Source of the DNA: an uncultured virus (IMG/VR IMGVR_UViG_3300021197_001546)
Lineage: Duplodnaviria > Heunggongvirae > Uroviricota > Caudoviricetes
DNA: 64,000 nt
Virus record (IMG/VR): IMGVR_UViG_3300021197_001546
Reading direction: 5' to 3' (one strand)
Shown: in pieces, positions 47,116 through 55,871 of the stretch
How positions within the stretch are numbered: the first letter of the stretch is position 1
Layout of the letters: each line of letters starts with the position of its first letter
Program-made: the position numbers and the translations under genes
The notes under the pieces: model-generated
Told to the model about the DNA's origin: nothing
The model's database searches: none
Seen by the model: only the letters and a program-made list of their open reading frames with translations

Positions 47116-48688
47116 TAGGCTTAAAGAATACAAATACTGGTTCGTATTTGAGATACTTTCCTTTCACTTGACAAAAGTTCTTACACTTGGGCTTACCATC
47201 TTCACCGACGCGGTTCTGACCTGGCATCCCTTCTAGGGCCATCTTCATAGTGTATCTATAAATCATTCCGTTGTCAAGTAGTATGTCCTTCGAATCCTGC
47301 TCCAGAGGTAAGTATTTTCCGCTCACCAAAATGTCGGCAATATTCCAGAGAAGATATCCGCCAGGTCGCAGCCACTCAACGGCAGTTTCGAGAGTAGGCT
47401 TCAGGAATCCGTCTCGCCACGATTCGTAGGATGAACCATACTTTTTGTAACTCTGGTTTTCATCTTCACTATAAGCCTCTCGATTAAAATAAGGAGGTGA
47501 AGTAAATACCAAGTCAATTTCGCCTCGGTGTCTTTGAAAATCTTCATTGTGTCGTATCTCCTCGGATCCTAGTTGGAAGACTTCGTGGGTGTTGGTGCTA
47601 GAGAAGAATGGATTTGATCTGTATGTCTTGGTGTTATAAAAATCCGCGACATCAGAATATCTAGAATCCATATCAGAATAAAAATTATCTGGATTGGGGT
47701 CGGTGCCGATGTAATGTACAGTACGGTCATCACGGATAGCCATAGCACCAAGTATCCTACCACCCCAACCACTGCTAGGATCGTAGATCTTGATTTGTCG
47801 GTCTTTGATATGATCGGTGAATCTTTCATAGAGATATTTCGCAGTCATTGGAGGGAAGTTTACTGCGGGTTGAATGTAACCAATGCGAAAAGATTTGAAC
47901 CCGCCAGGAAAAATCTTCTTACCTTTATCATACAAACGAATAGCATAGACATGATCATCATCCATATTTTCGATATCAAACGTCGAGTGATGACGATACT
48001 CTAGACGGTCTTGTATCGCCTCAACTTGATCCTTCGTTAGTTGAAGAATGTCTGACTGCTCCAATTGAAAGTATCCACTATTCAATCCCTCTCGGATTTT
48101 GACCTGCTCTAATAGAAAATCCTTTCCCTTGAACATGTCTGGATAATTAAAGAAAGTCCGAATCCAATCTTCGCCGTTATCCACATTGACAACAGAGTGC
48201 TTTGTGTCGTTCTTGATGGTAGAAAGGGCGTGGCTGTAGAACGAATCTCGTCGAAAGTGTCGCAATGATCCTTTGTAGACTCTCTCAAGGTAGTCAGGGT
48301 TCGCTACGAGATCATAGATCGAGTATCCGTTGTCCTTCTCGGTATAGTTGATACGAGTCTTGAACATATTATCAAAGAACTGATCGACCTCAACACCGAG
48401 TCGTGATTTATTAATGATAACTTCTTTAGGCGTATCAGACAACTCGTCATCAAACTCAAATTCATGAACAGGAAACTCAGACATACGATTGAATGCCGTA
48501 ATCATATCCTCTTCGTTCTTTCCTGTTCGTGGAGGACAGCCGTATGTGTCCCACGCGGCAGTTAACTCTGCACGAAGTTGAACCACCCAATCTTTAAATT
48601 GATCGGGTGTCATTTCTAGAAGGTCTTCAAAGTTTACATTCACATCGCTATTGATGATGTGATCATTACGCTGGTAAGGTATATTCAC
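47096..48688 (-). CDS. Amino-DNA-methyltransferase-fold protein (N4C/N6A type) with a long N-terminal extension
   Basis: YDPSSGWGGR, YIGTDPN, FTSPPYF and LRPGG. The GTG start overlaps the upstream stop (GTGA). Confidence 0.8.
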   Translation of the reverse strand: MNIPYQRNDHIINSDVNVNFEDLLEMTPDQFKDWVVQLRAELTAAWDTYGCPPRTGKNEEDMITAFNRMSEFPVHEFEFDDELSDTPKEVIINKSRLGVEVDQFFDNMFKTRINYTEKDNGYSIYDLVANPDYLERVYKGSLRHFRRDSFYSHALSTIKNDTKHSVVNVDNGEDWIRTFFNYPDMFKGKDFLLEQVKIREGLNSGYFQLEQSDILQLTKDQVEAIQDRLEYRHHSTFDIENMDDDHVYAIRLYDKGKKIFPGGFKSFRIGYIQPAVNFPPMTAKYLYERFTDHIKDRQIKIYDPSSGWGGRILGAMAIRDDRTVHYIGTDPNPDNFYSDMDSRYSDVADFYNTKTYRSNPFFSSTNTHEVFQLGSEEIRHNEDFQRHRGEIDLVFTSPPYFNREAYSEDENQSYKKYGSSYESWRDGFLKPTLETAVEWLRPGGYLLWNIADILVSGKYLPLEQDSKDILLDNGMIYRYTMKMALEGMPGQNRVGEDGKPKCKNFCQVKGKYLKYEPVFVFFKPNEDESR

Positions 48689-49458
48689 GATCCTACATTC
48701 CAAAAAAGTGCGCCAGGTGACGCATGATCTTTGATAAACTCCCACGCCTTTGCGTCGTAGGTTGGGGCTGACGGAAATGGGGGCAACACTTTGGTCGGTT
48801 TATTGAAGGCATATTCCGACTTGTAGATCCTCGCATTTCCGTACGAGCCACTATGTCCCACACGCACACAGTGAAAGGAGGATCGTGGCCACGCGAGTTG
48901 TAGTCCTCTGGTGAGTGTCCCACTTGATCCTACCGTCCAGACTTCAGAAGGTTGAACATCCATACCTCTAGCAACGCGAGCAATGGAAGCGACAACAGTA
49001 GGATGATCAAACCCAATAGGAAGTAATCTGCGGCACGTTGGATCTTCTGCAACATAGTCTCTTGCCCTTTTTTCAGTAACACTAAGCATTCCGTTTGGAA
49101 CCCAGTTCATTATAGCACCCGCTTCAATCGCTTGCAACTGATAAGGATGTCTTTTTTCGACAGCACGATCTGCCATGAACACAACTGCCTTCTTGTCATA
49201 CTTAGTACAGAGATGTGCAAGTGAAATCTGTGCGTAACCAGTGGCAGGAGAACTACCATACACCCACTCCTTGATTTCAGGTTGCGAACGAATCAGGTAG
49301 TCGGCAAATCGCATCTTAGATCCGCCACCAATGAGATCGTCACGGACGACGAGGAAGCCATCATGCTCCTCCACTACGGGGGGAGGCAGAGGATCGGCCC
49401 AATCACCAATCAGAGTTTCGTAATCTTCTGATGTCAATTCAAATAAACTAGACATCAC
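48685..49458 (-). CDS. Fold-type II PLP-dependent enzyme (ACC deaminase/D-cysteine desulfhydrase-like)
   Basis: VVRDDL..GGSKMR (PLP lysine), VGSSGT, PTYDAKAW and FWNVG. Confidence 0.78.
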   Translation of the reverse strand: MMSSLFELTSEDYETLIGDWADPLPPPVVEEHDGFLVVRDDLIGGGSKMRFADYLIRSQPEIKEWVYGSSPATGYAQISLAHLCTKYDKKAVVFMADRAVEKRHPYQLQAIEAGAIMNWVPNGMLSVTEKRARDYVAEDPTCRRLLPIGFDHPTVVASIARVARGMDVQPSEVWTVGSSGTLTRGLQLAWPRSSFHCVRVGHSGSYGNARIYKSEYAFNKPTKVLPPFPSAPTYDAKAWEFIKDHASPGALFWNVGS

Positions 49459-51170
49459 TTAATCCTGCTGAAGTTGTTTTTCTTTTCGAAGGTCATCGTT
49501 GCAGGGAACTTGTCAGTAAGTTGATCTGCCTTGTGACTGATCACGAAGATATTACATTTCTTTCCGAGAGCATGAAGCAATTTCATAAACTCTTCTGTTC
49601 CTATACCGTCAAGCGACGAGTCGAAAACTTCATCGAGAATAAGAAGATTGCAGTTAGCACTATTCTTGATGCGAGCAATCTCTCTCCATGCCAACAGAAG
49701 AGCAAGATCAATACGCAACTTCTCACCCTCACTGAAACTCATGTAGGAGAAGGCATCACGATGACGACTTTTGATCGTTTCGTTGAACTCTTCATCCAAG
49801 TGGAACCTAGCAAAGAAGTCCATAGAAGAAAGATATGCATTGATCATCTTATTCATGATGGGAAGATAGTGCTTTATGATCTTCGACTTTATCCCCGAGT
49901 CCTTGAGGAGAGTGTAAGCAATCGATTGTTGATTCTGGACATCAATGATTGTTTCTTTTTCTTTTTCTGATCTCTCACAATCAGACTTATAGGATGATAA
50001 GTTTTCGGTGGACTCGTCGAGAGAGGAAGTGTCTTGCGAAGCCGACGATCGCATTTTTTGTAAGTCGGTGATGTGTTTGTTCGAGGCCGATACTCTACCA
50101 TTGAGTTCCGTGAGCGACGATTGCTTTTCGGATACGACATCGAGAACTTCGTTGATTTCTTTATTACGCTCAAGAAGGGCCTCCATCTTTTCAGTCATTT
50201 CATTTAAACCTGTTTTTAACTTGCCGAGTTTGTCGGTAATGTCTGTCTCGCGTTCTTTGATCAGAGTCTCAGGAAGGTCCTGACCACACGAACCACACAC
50301 ACTATCATTACGAATCTTATCGAGATCACTGGTGAAGTTATTAACTTTAGTTTCAACTCTCGACACAATCTTTTCTAGAGACTGAATGTCACTTGCATTT
50401 GAATGCCGATCGGCAATCATGTTCACAGATTTTTCAATTTCGCTGGACAGAATTTCAGACTCAGATTGTAATTCAGTTAGGCTCTCAACTGCACTGTCAA
50501 TCTTCTCGTCAAAATCGGCAAGTGATCTTTCACTCTTCTGTCGAATAGAATCAATGTGAGTCTGTTGGATTTCGATCTTATCCTTAAGGGTTTCGATTGT
50601 TCTATTGACTTCCTTGATCTCTTCTTTCGCCACGGACATCTTCTCTTTCAGAAGAGTGTTCATCGTAGAGAAGACATTGATATCAAGAATATCCTCGATA
50701 ACTGACCGTCGATCTGCCGCAGACAACTGCATGAAGGGAACGAAAGAAGAACTACCAAGAATCACCACCTGAGTGAATGACTTGTAATTCATTCGGAGAA
50801 TCTGCTCTTCGAGCATCTTCTGATAGTCTTTAGATTTGGCGTGCTGATTAATCAATTCGTCGTTCTTGAAGATCTCAAACTTTTTAGGTTTGAGTCCACG
50901 AACAACTCTATAATTATCATCGTTGACAGAAAACTCTACGTCAACTAAACAATCCTTCTGGTTGATCGAGTTAACCAGTTGGGGGATATTGATCTTTCTG
51001 AATGGCTTACCAAACAAAGCAAACGTGATAGAATCCAAAAGAGCAAAAGATTTACCGTGTCCGTTGTTACCACAGACAAGAGTCATCGGTCTTTTATCGA
51101 GAAGTATCTCGGTTGGTGTATTACCAAACGATCCGAAGTTTTGGAATATTACTTTATGAAAGTTAATCAC
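49455..51170 (-). CDS. gp46: Rad50/SbcC-like recombination ATPase
   Basis: GNNGHGKS, coiled coil with CGSC hook, FSEGE and LDEVFD. Confidence 0.95.
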   Translation of the reverse strand: MINFHKVIFQNFGSFGNTPTEILLDKRPMTLVCGNNGHGKSFALLDSITFALFGKPFRKINIPQLVNSINQKDCLVDVEFSVNDDNYRVVRGLKPKKFEIFKNDELINQHAKSKDYQKMLEEQILRMNYKSFTQVVILGSSSFVPFMQLSAADRRSVIEDILDINVFSTMNTLLKEKMSVAKEEIKEVNRTIETLKDKIEIQQTHIDSIRQKSERSLADFDEKIDSAVESLTELQSESEILSSEIEKSVNMIADRHSNASDIQSLEKIVSRVETKVNNFTSDLDKIRNDSVCGSCGQDLPETLIKERETDITDKLGKLKTGLNEMTEKMEALLERNKEINEVLDVVSEKQSSLTELNGRVSASNKHITDLQKMRSSASQDTSSLDESTENLSSYKSDCERSEKEKETIIDVQNQQSIAYTLLKDSGIKSKIIKHYLPIMNKMINAYLSSMDFFARFHLDEEFNETIKSRHRDAFSYMSFSEGEKLRIDLALLLAWREIARIKNSANCNLLILDEVFDSSLDGIGTEEFMKLLHALGKKCNIFVISHKADQLTDKFPATMTFEKKNNFSRIK

Positions 51171-52222
51171 TGACTCAGGGCCTCCATATACAATTCACGA
51201 ATAAGATTCTTGACATCTGACTTATTGGTGATGTCCATACCATCAATTTCGTTATTGATAATAGTAACAGTATCTTGTGCCATGTCAAGGGCATCTTCTT
51301 CAATATCATTGGTGATTACTTCCTCAACGATAGTCACGTTCTGAATATTCTGTTCGTATAACTTATCGATAAACCGATCGAACGTATACGGACTCTTCTT
51401 ATTCAATACCAGAATCTTGATATAAGAGTTAGCATAGGAGGAAAAATCCATCGTGTCGATAATCTTTTCAATATCGGTTTCAACATCATCGTAGGAAATT
51501 TGGTGAAACATACGGCGAGGATTCTCGACATACTCCAGACTTCGAGTTTCGGTGTCTAGCACATGAAACCCCTTCTTCTCATTTAGATCATGAAAAGTTA
51601 TTTGGTATTGAGTCCCAAGATAGTGGACATTGTTTCTGCTGCTCTTATTGTGGAAGTGTCCTGACAGAACCATTTCAAATCTCTTGAGATCGCCGTCAGA
51701 CATACCACCCTCAAACTTATATCCACGCATCACTTCATAACCATCCAGTTCAAAGTGACCACAGCAGATAGGAGACTTTGTGCTAGAAAGAAACTCCATA
51801 GTCTCTTCTTTGTTTTCCTTGTTGATCCAAGGAACCATTGCAACACTCAACCCACCAAAAACCAAATCTTGTGGTGACTCAATCAGATTAAAGTTATCAT
51901 ACCGATCGGCAAACAACTCACGAAGAGAATTGAGTTCGTTAGTATTACGATAGTAAGTGTCGTGATTTCCAGGCACAATGTGCATGGTTACACCCATATC
52001 ACGAAGAGGATCCATGAAACAATTACGCACAGTTCCGAGTGTGTTGAAATTGACAAACTTGCGGCGATCCATGAGATCACCCAAGTGCAATACGTCCGTA
52101 ATATCATTTTCTTTTAAGTAAGGAAAAAATTGATCAGTAAAAAACTCTAGGAAGTAATCAAGAAATAATTGATTGTCTCCCCTTGCACCAAAATGCGAAT
52201 CATTTAGTATCGCTATCTTCAT
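51167..52222 (-). CDS. gp47: Mre11/SbcD-like nuclease
   Basis: DSHFG, LGD, GNHD and SGHFH. Confidence 0.95.
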   Translation of the reverse strand: MKIAILNDSHFGARGDNQLFLDYFLEFFTDQFFPYLKENDITDVLHLGDLMDRRKFVNFNTLGTVRNCFMDPLRDMGVTMHIVPGNHDTYYRNTNELNSLRELFADRYDNFNLIESPQDLVFGGLSVAMVPWINKENKEETMEFLSSTKSPICCGHFELDGYEVMRGYKFEGGMSDGDLKRFEMVLSGHFHNKSSRNNVHYLGTQYQITFHDLNEKKGFHVLDTETRSLEYVENPRRMFHQISYDDVETDIEKIIDTMDFSSYANSYIKILVLNKKSPYTFDRFIDKLYEQNIQNVTIVEEVITNDIEEDALDMAQDTVTIINNEIDGMDITNKSDVKNLIRELYMEALSQ

Positions 52223-52727
52223 TCACAGACCTTTTCTTTTTAGGCTCGAACTTCTGTATATCATTATCACTAACATCGAAATAATCTGCATATGCGTTCT
52301 TTGCATCTTTTTCGAAGTAGTTCTCTTTGAACCATTTCATGAAACTACCATCATCAAGTTGTTCCATCAACTTATACTTCACATAATTTTGCTTCTTCTC
52401 CTTTTCAATGCGGCGAAGGAAAGCATAGTAAATCATCTGAGTAAAATACGAGAATGGATTTTTTGATTTTTCTGGATTGAAGTTGTGAGCATACATGAGA
52501 CAGTTCTCGATGCCATCAGCAATCATCTCGTCACGGAATGGATAATTTATAAAGTTAGGCTTTCGAGATAGATGTTCTGCAATCTTCACGAAGCACTCTC
52601 CGATGTATTCGGATATTGGAGGGCGGGGCCCATCTTCTCCTTCAGCCTGAATAACCTCTTGCTTCCATTCGGTCATGGCTTTACAGAAAAGTTCATTATC
52701 AACATAGTGTTCTTTTTTCTTTGTCAT
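52200..52727 (-). CDS. gp55: Late-transcription sigma factor
   Basis: HYVDN, YIGECF.KIA, EMIADGIENC and NPFSYFTQ..YYAFLRRI. Confidence 0.95.
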   Translation of the reverse strand: MTKKKEHYVDNELFCKAMTEWKQEVIQAEGEDGPRPPISEYIGECFVKIAEHLSRKPNFINYPFRDEMIADGIENCLMYAHNFNPEKSKNPFSYFTQMIYYAFLRRIEKEKKQNYVKYKLMEQLDDGSFMKWFKENYFEKDAKNAYADYFDVSDNDIQKFEPKKKRSVNEDSDTK

Positions 52728-52734
52728 AATAAGT

Positions 52735-52762
52735 ATTATACTCACGATTCGCGGGTTGTAAA
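52735..52762 (-). promoter_or_regulatory. sigma70-like promoter TTTACA-N16-TATAAT for gp55, near-leaderless
   Basis: The -10 box lies 7 nt from the ATG at 52727, with no RBS. Confidence 0.75.
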
Positions 52763-52782
52763 GTTTTTTATAGATTTTTTGT

Positions 52783-52810
52783 TTGACACCCTTGACAAGA
52801 GTGTTACAAT
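52783..52810 (+). promoter_or_regulatory. Divergent sigma70-like promoter TTGACA-N16-TACAAT with extended TGn
   Basis: Faces antisense into the gene at 52848..53414; there is a second TTGACA at 52792. Confidence 0.6.
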
Positions 52811-52847
52811 CTCTGTGTCCCGGTTTGAACAAGATCTACTTTAACTA

Positions 52848-53414
52848 CTATAAGTAATCTCTAAGATCAGAAGACCAATCTCTCCAATGATTTCCCTGAT
52901 CGACTTCCTCACCAGAACGCGGCGGCTCTTGTATTTCCAAGTCGTCATGACTTCCATCTAGACTATCCAGTTCCATACCATCTTCCATGTCTTCTAGTAT
53001 GCCTTCTTCTACTAGTTTTTTAAACATGTCTTCGTCGATGGCAAACGACATCATGATCTGGGATAAAGCATCCTGATTGAATTTTCGAATTTCTTCTTCC
53101 TTGTCTTTAAGAAGTTGTTCGATATCCACTTCAGATTGCTTCATCTCAGTCTCATATAATTTAGAGGCTTGCTTATCGGGGTCCAAGAAAAGGGCGATCC
53201 AATCAATTGGAACTGCTACCTTGTTGGTGTCGGAATACTCTAACCAGTTCCTGAGAGTAAGAATTTCTTTTCTTAGCCCACTAAACGGATCGCTAAGAGA
53301 CGAGACGTTCATGAGCATAGGATTCTCCAACGTTAACTTACCGTCTTTCTTACCGATGATTTTTGTGATGATAGATTCGCCGCTTTTTAGTTTTAAAATT
53401 TTAAATCCGCTCAT
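52848..53414 (-). CDS. Conserved hypothetical protein between uvsW and gp55 (Sm-like N-terminus)
   Basis: KILKLKSGE.II...L.NP motif, acidic tail, and conserved position. Confidence 0.65.
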   Translation of the reverse strand: MSGFKILKLKSGESIITKIIGKKDGKLTLENPMLMNVSSLSDPFSGLRKEILTLRNWLEYSDTNKVAVPIDWIALFLDPDKQASKLYETEMKQSEVDIEQLLKDKEEEIRKFNQDALSQIMMSFAIDEDMFKKLVEEGILEDMEDGMELDSLDGSHDDLEIQEPPRSGEEVDQGNHWRDWSSDLRDYL

Positions 53415-54916
53415 ATATTCTCCAGTTTCATCCGCATTGGTTTGAAATTGAATCCCTCTGATTTATATATCTTGATTCTTTCTAAAAAATGTCTCAGTGT
53501 GTGATTCTTGTAAGATTTCCAAGACAAATCATCTCCGATATCATACAGTCTTGCTGTATCTTTGTGTTCTGATTTTCTTAACTGACGACCGATACTCTGT
53601 AAGACACGGACTCTGGACTTTGAAGGTGAAGCAAATATAATGTTGTGTAACCGTCTGATAGAAACGCCAGTCGAAAATGTTCCATAGGAGGCTATTATTA
53701 TAGCATCATTTGTGGTCTCTGCAACTTTTCTTACTTGTTCTCTGATTTCAACTTCAGTGCCACCGTAAATGAAAAATACATCTCGTTCTGGATATTCTTT
53801 TTTGATCATATCGTTTAACACCTTGCCGTGCTTCTCTACGAACTGAAAAAGAATAAGAGTATTACCTTTCAGTGTACCTGCCAGTTGTTTGATGAACCTG
53901 TTGCGTTTTTCATTTTTGACAAGCCAATCCATTTCCTCTTGATACTTTAATTTTTTTGCTTCTTTTTTTTCTTCATCTGTATATTCCAATAGTATGGAAT
54001 CAATCTTTAGTTTAGACAATAGGTCTTTGTCGATCAAGTCTTTTGTTGATGTTACATTATAGACAGATCCGAACAGACCTTCAATGACGAGTTTGTGTGT
54101 GAGTGTACCATCCAGAGTTCCCGTTGTTCCTATACGATAAGGGCAGTTCTGAAGTTTGGTCATTATGCTGGTTAATGATTTTGATTTGAACAGATGACAC
54201 TCGTCCCCGAAGACAACTCGAAAGTTTTTGAAGTAATCGGCGGGCATCTTGTATATACTCTGCCATGTAGAAATAAAGATCTTTTTATCGTCAGTTTTTG
54301 ATTTGCCCGAAAAGATCATATGACACTTACTTTCGGCATCCCAATCGGCATGTTCTGAGTAGTCTTTGAAGTCGTTGTACATCTGACTGACCAGCGATGT
54401 TGTAGGAACAATGATCAGCATTTTCTCATTCTCTTTCAACAGACTTTCGTAATACCTAACCAGGCAATATATGATAAGTGACTTTCCTGAGCCAGTAGGG
54501 GACAATAGTAAACATCTATTCTTAGAGATAGCATGTTGTATTGCATCCAGTTGGTGATCATGTACTTCGATTTTTTTGTTGTTGGCGTGTATGTTTAACT
54601 CTGTATCGATCCATTTGCGAAGGTGATCTATTGGCACAGATTTGGCATCTGATGTTAGTTCTGGTGAAACCGAAAAAGAATATTTACGATCTTCGCAAAA
54701 TTTCATAAAATATGGCATTAGTCCCGCATACAAAGTTTGTCCGTAGATGTTATACATCTTGATCGTACCATCCCATACCTTGTTGCGGTACGATGGCATG
54801 AACTTGTGTCCTGGCACTTTGAATGTGAAATAATCGGAGAGTTCTTTGGCGAGACCACGCTCGCACTCGATCCGTATATCAACGCTATTCACTTCAGTCA
54901 CATTAAAATCACTCAT
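53411..54916 (-). CDS. uvsW: SF2 DNA helicase UvsW
   Basis: SPTGSGKS, GDECH, TTGT and QSIGR.LR. Confidence 0.95.
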   Translation of the reverse strand: MSDFNVTEVNSVDIRIECERGLAKELSDYFTFKVPGHKFMPSYRNKVWDGTIKMYNIYGQTLYAGLMPYFMKFCEDRKYSFSVSPELTSDAKSVPIDHLRKWIDTELNIHANNKKIEVHDHQLDAIQHAISKNRCLLLSPTGSGKSLIIYCLVRYYESLLKENEKMLIIVPTTSLVSQMYNDFKDYSEHADWDAESKCHMIFSGKSKTDDKKIFISTWQSIYKMPADYFKNFRVVFGDECHLFKSKSLTSIMTKLQNCPYRIGTTGTLDGTLTHKLVIEGLFGSVYNVTSTKDLIDKDLLSKLKIDSILLEYTDEEKKEAKKLKYQEEMDWLVKNEKRNRFIKQLAGTLKGNTLILFQFVEKHGKVLNDMIKKEYPERDVFFIYGGTEVEIREQVRKVAETTNDAIIIASYGTFSTGVSIRRLHNIIFASPSKSRVRVLQSIGRQLRKSEHKDTARLYDIGDDLSWKSYKNHTLRHFLERIKIYKSEGFNFKPMRMKLENI

Positions 54917-54932
54917 ACACTATGTATGGTGA

Positions 54933-55397
54933 TTATGGGCAGAACGTTTTGCCGCCTTCGATTGAAATGTGTAGATCTGTTTTTGTTACCTTACCTGTGA
55001 AGCAACGAACTTCTATACCATTTTCTGGTAGAAACGTTAAACTATTGCAGGTTTTCCATTCTGGATATACCAAATCACTATATTCTTTGTGGAAGGTGAC
55101 AGAGCGAATACCCGACTCTCTGAGAAGGATACAGTCCCCCGACGACGGATACATGGGACAATATAAATCTGTTTGGAATGAAGGTATACCTCTTCTTGTG
55201 CAACGATAAATCAGATTGTGATTTGAGTTACAATAGTACCAGTCATTGGATTTGATATTTTCTGCCGCTAGAATGATACCCTTAAGTGTGTCCAAGATCA
55301 ATGATGAACATTGAGTATCACACTTAGAATGTGCCGAGGCATGAATGTAGCAATGCTTCAGGTAAGCAGCATGGAGAATGTTATCGCTATACTCCAT
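54933..55397 (-). CDS. Degenerate dCMP-deaminase-like protein
   Basis: The layout LYCP......C...L.ESGI..V.FH...L...GIEV fits the family, but the HAE and PCxxC motifs are not intact. Confidence 0.55.
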   Translation of the reverse strand: MEYSDNILHAAYLKHCYIHASAHSKCDTQCSSLILDTLKGIILAAENIKSNDWYYCNSNHNLIYRCTRRGIPSFQTDLYCPMYPSSGDCILLRESGIRSVTFHKEYSDLVYPEWKTCNSLTFLPENGIEVRCFTGKVTKTDLHISIEGGKTFCP

Positions 55398-55821
55398 TGA
55401 TAAACTTTCTCCATTCGATGGCACTTCGGATGTTCCATTGTCGATTGTTCATGATCTTGACCACCGACTCTAGGTAAGAAACTTTTTCTTTGGTGAAAGA
55501 TATTTGCATTCGGAGAACTGATAGTTCTGTATCAGAGTCAAGATATTTGTCGATATCTGCCTTCAGAATGTTCAGTTGAAATGGTTCCCACCCAAGAGAC
55601 TCTAGCGTTTCGGAGTCCATCTTGCCTGTGTAGTATTCCCACTTCTTACGAAGAAGCGACTTTAACTCCTCATCTTTTTTGGTGAGAAGAAGCCTTTCAT
55701 CGTGATACATGTTCAGATACTTGTTATGCAATTGTGGGGTGCGTAGAGACTCGATGTCGAGTTCTGTGTCGTCCATCACCATGTCTTGAGAGACCATGGC
55801 ACGCAGTTCGGTCAAGTTCAT
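55387..55821 (-). CDS. uvsY: Recombination mediator UvsY
   Basis: LD.ESL.TPQLH.KY, KWEYYTGK and IRSAIEWRKF. Confidence 0.9.
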   Translation of the reverse strand: MNLTELRAMVSQDMVMDDTELDIESLRTPQLHNKYLNMYHDERLLLTKKDEELKSLLRKKWEYYTGKMDSETLESLGWEPFQLNILKADIDKYLDSDTELSVLRMQISFTKEKVSYLESVVKIMNNRQWNIRSAIEWRKFINGV

Positions 55822-55838
55822 AATATACCTCCGTGATT

Positions 55839-55866
55839 AGTATAGCACGAAGTTTAAGGTAGTCAA
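55839..55866 (-). promoter_or_regulatory. sigma70-like promoter TTGACT-N16-TATACT for uvsY
   Basis: Followed by a GGAGG RBS and the ATG at 55821. Confidence 0.8.
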
Positions 55867-55871
55867 GGTAT

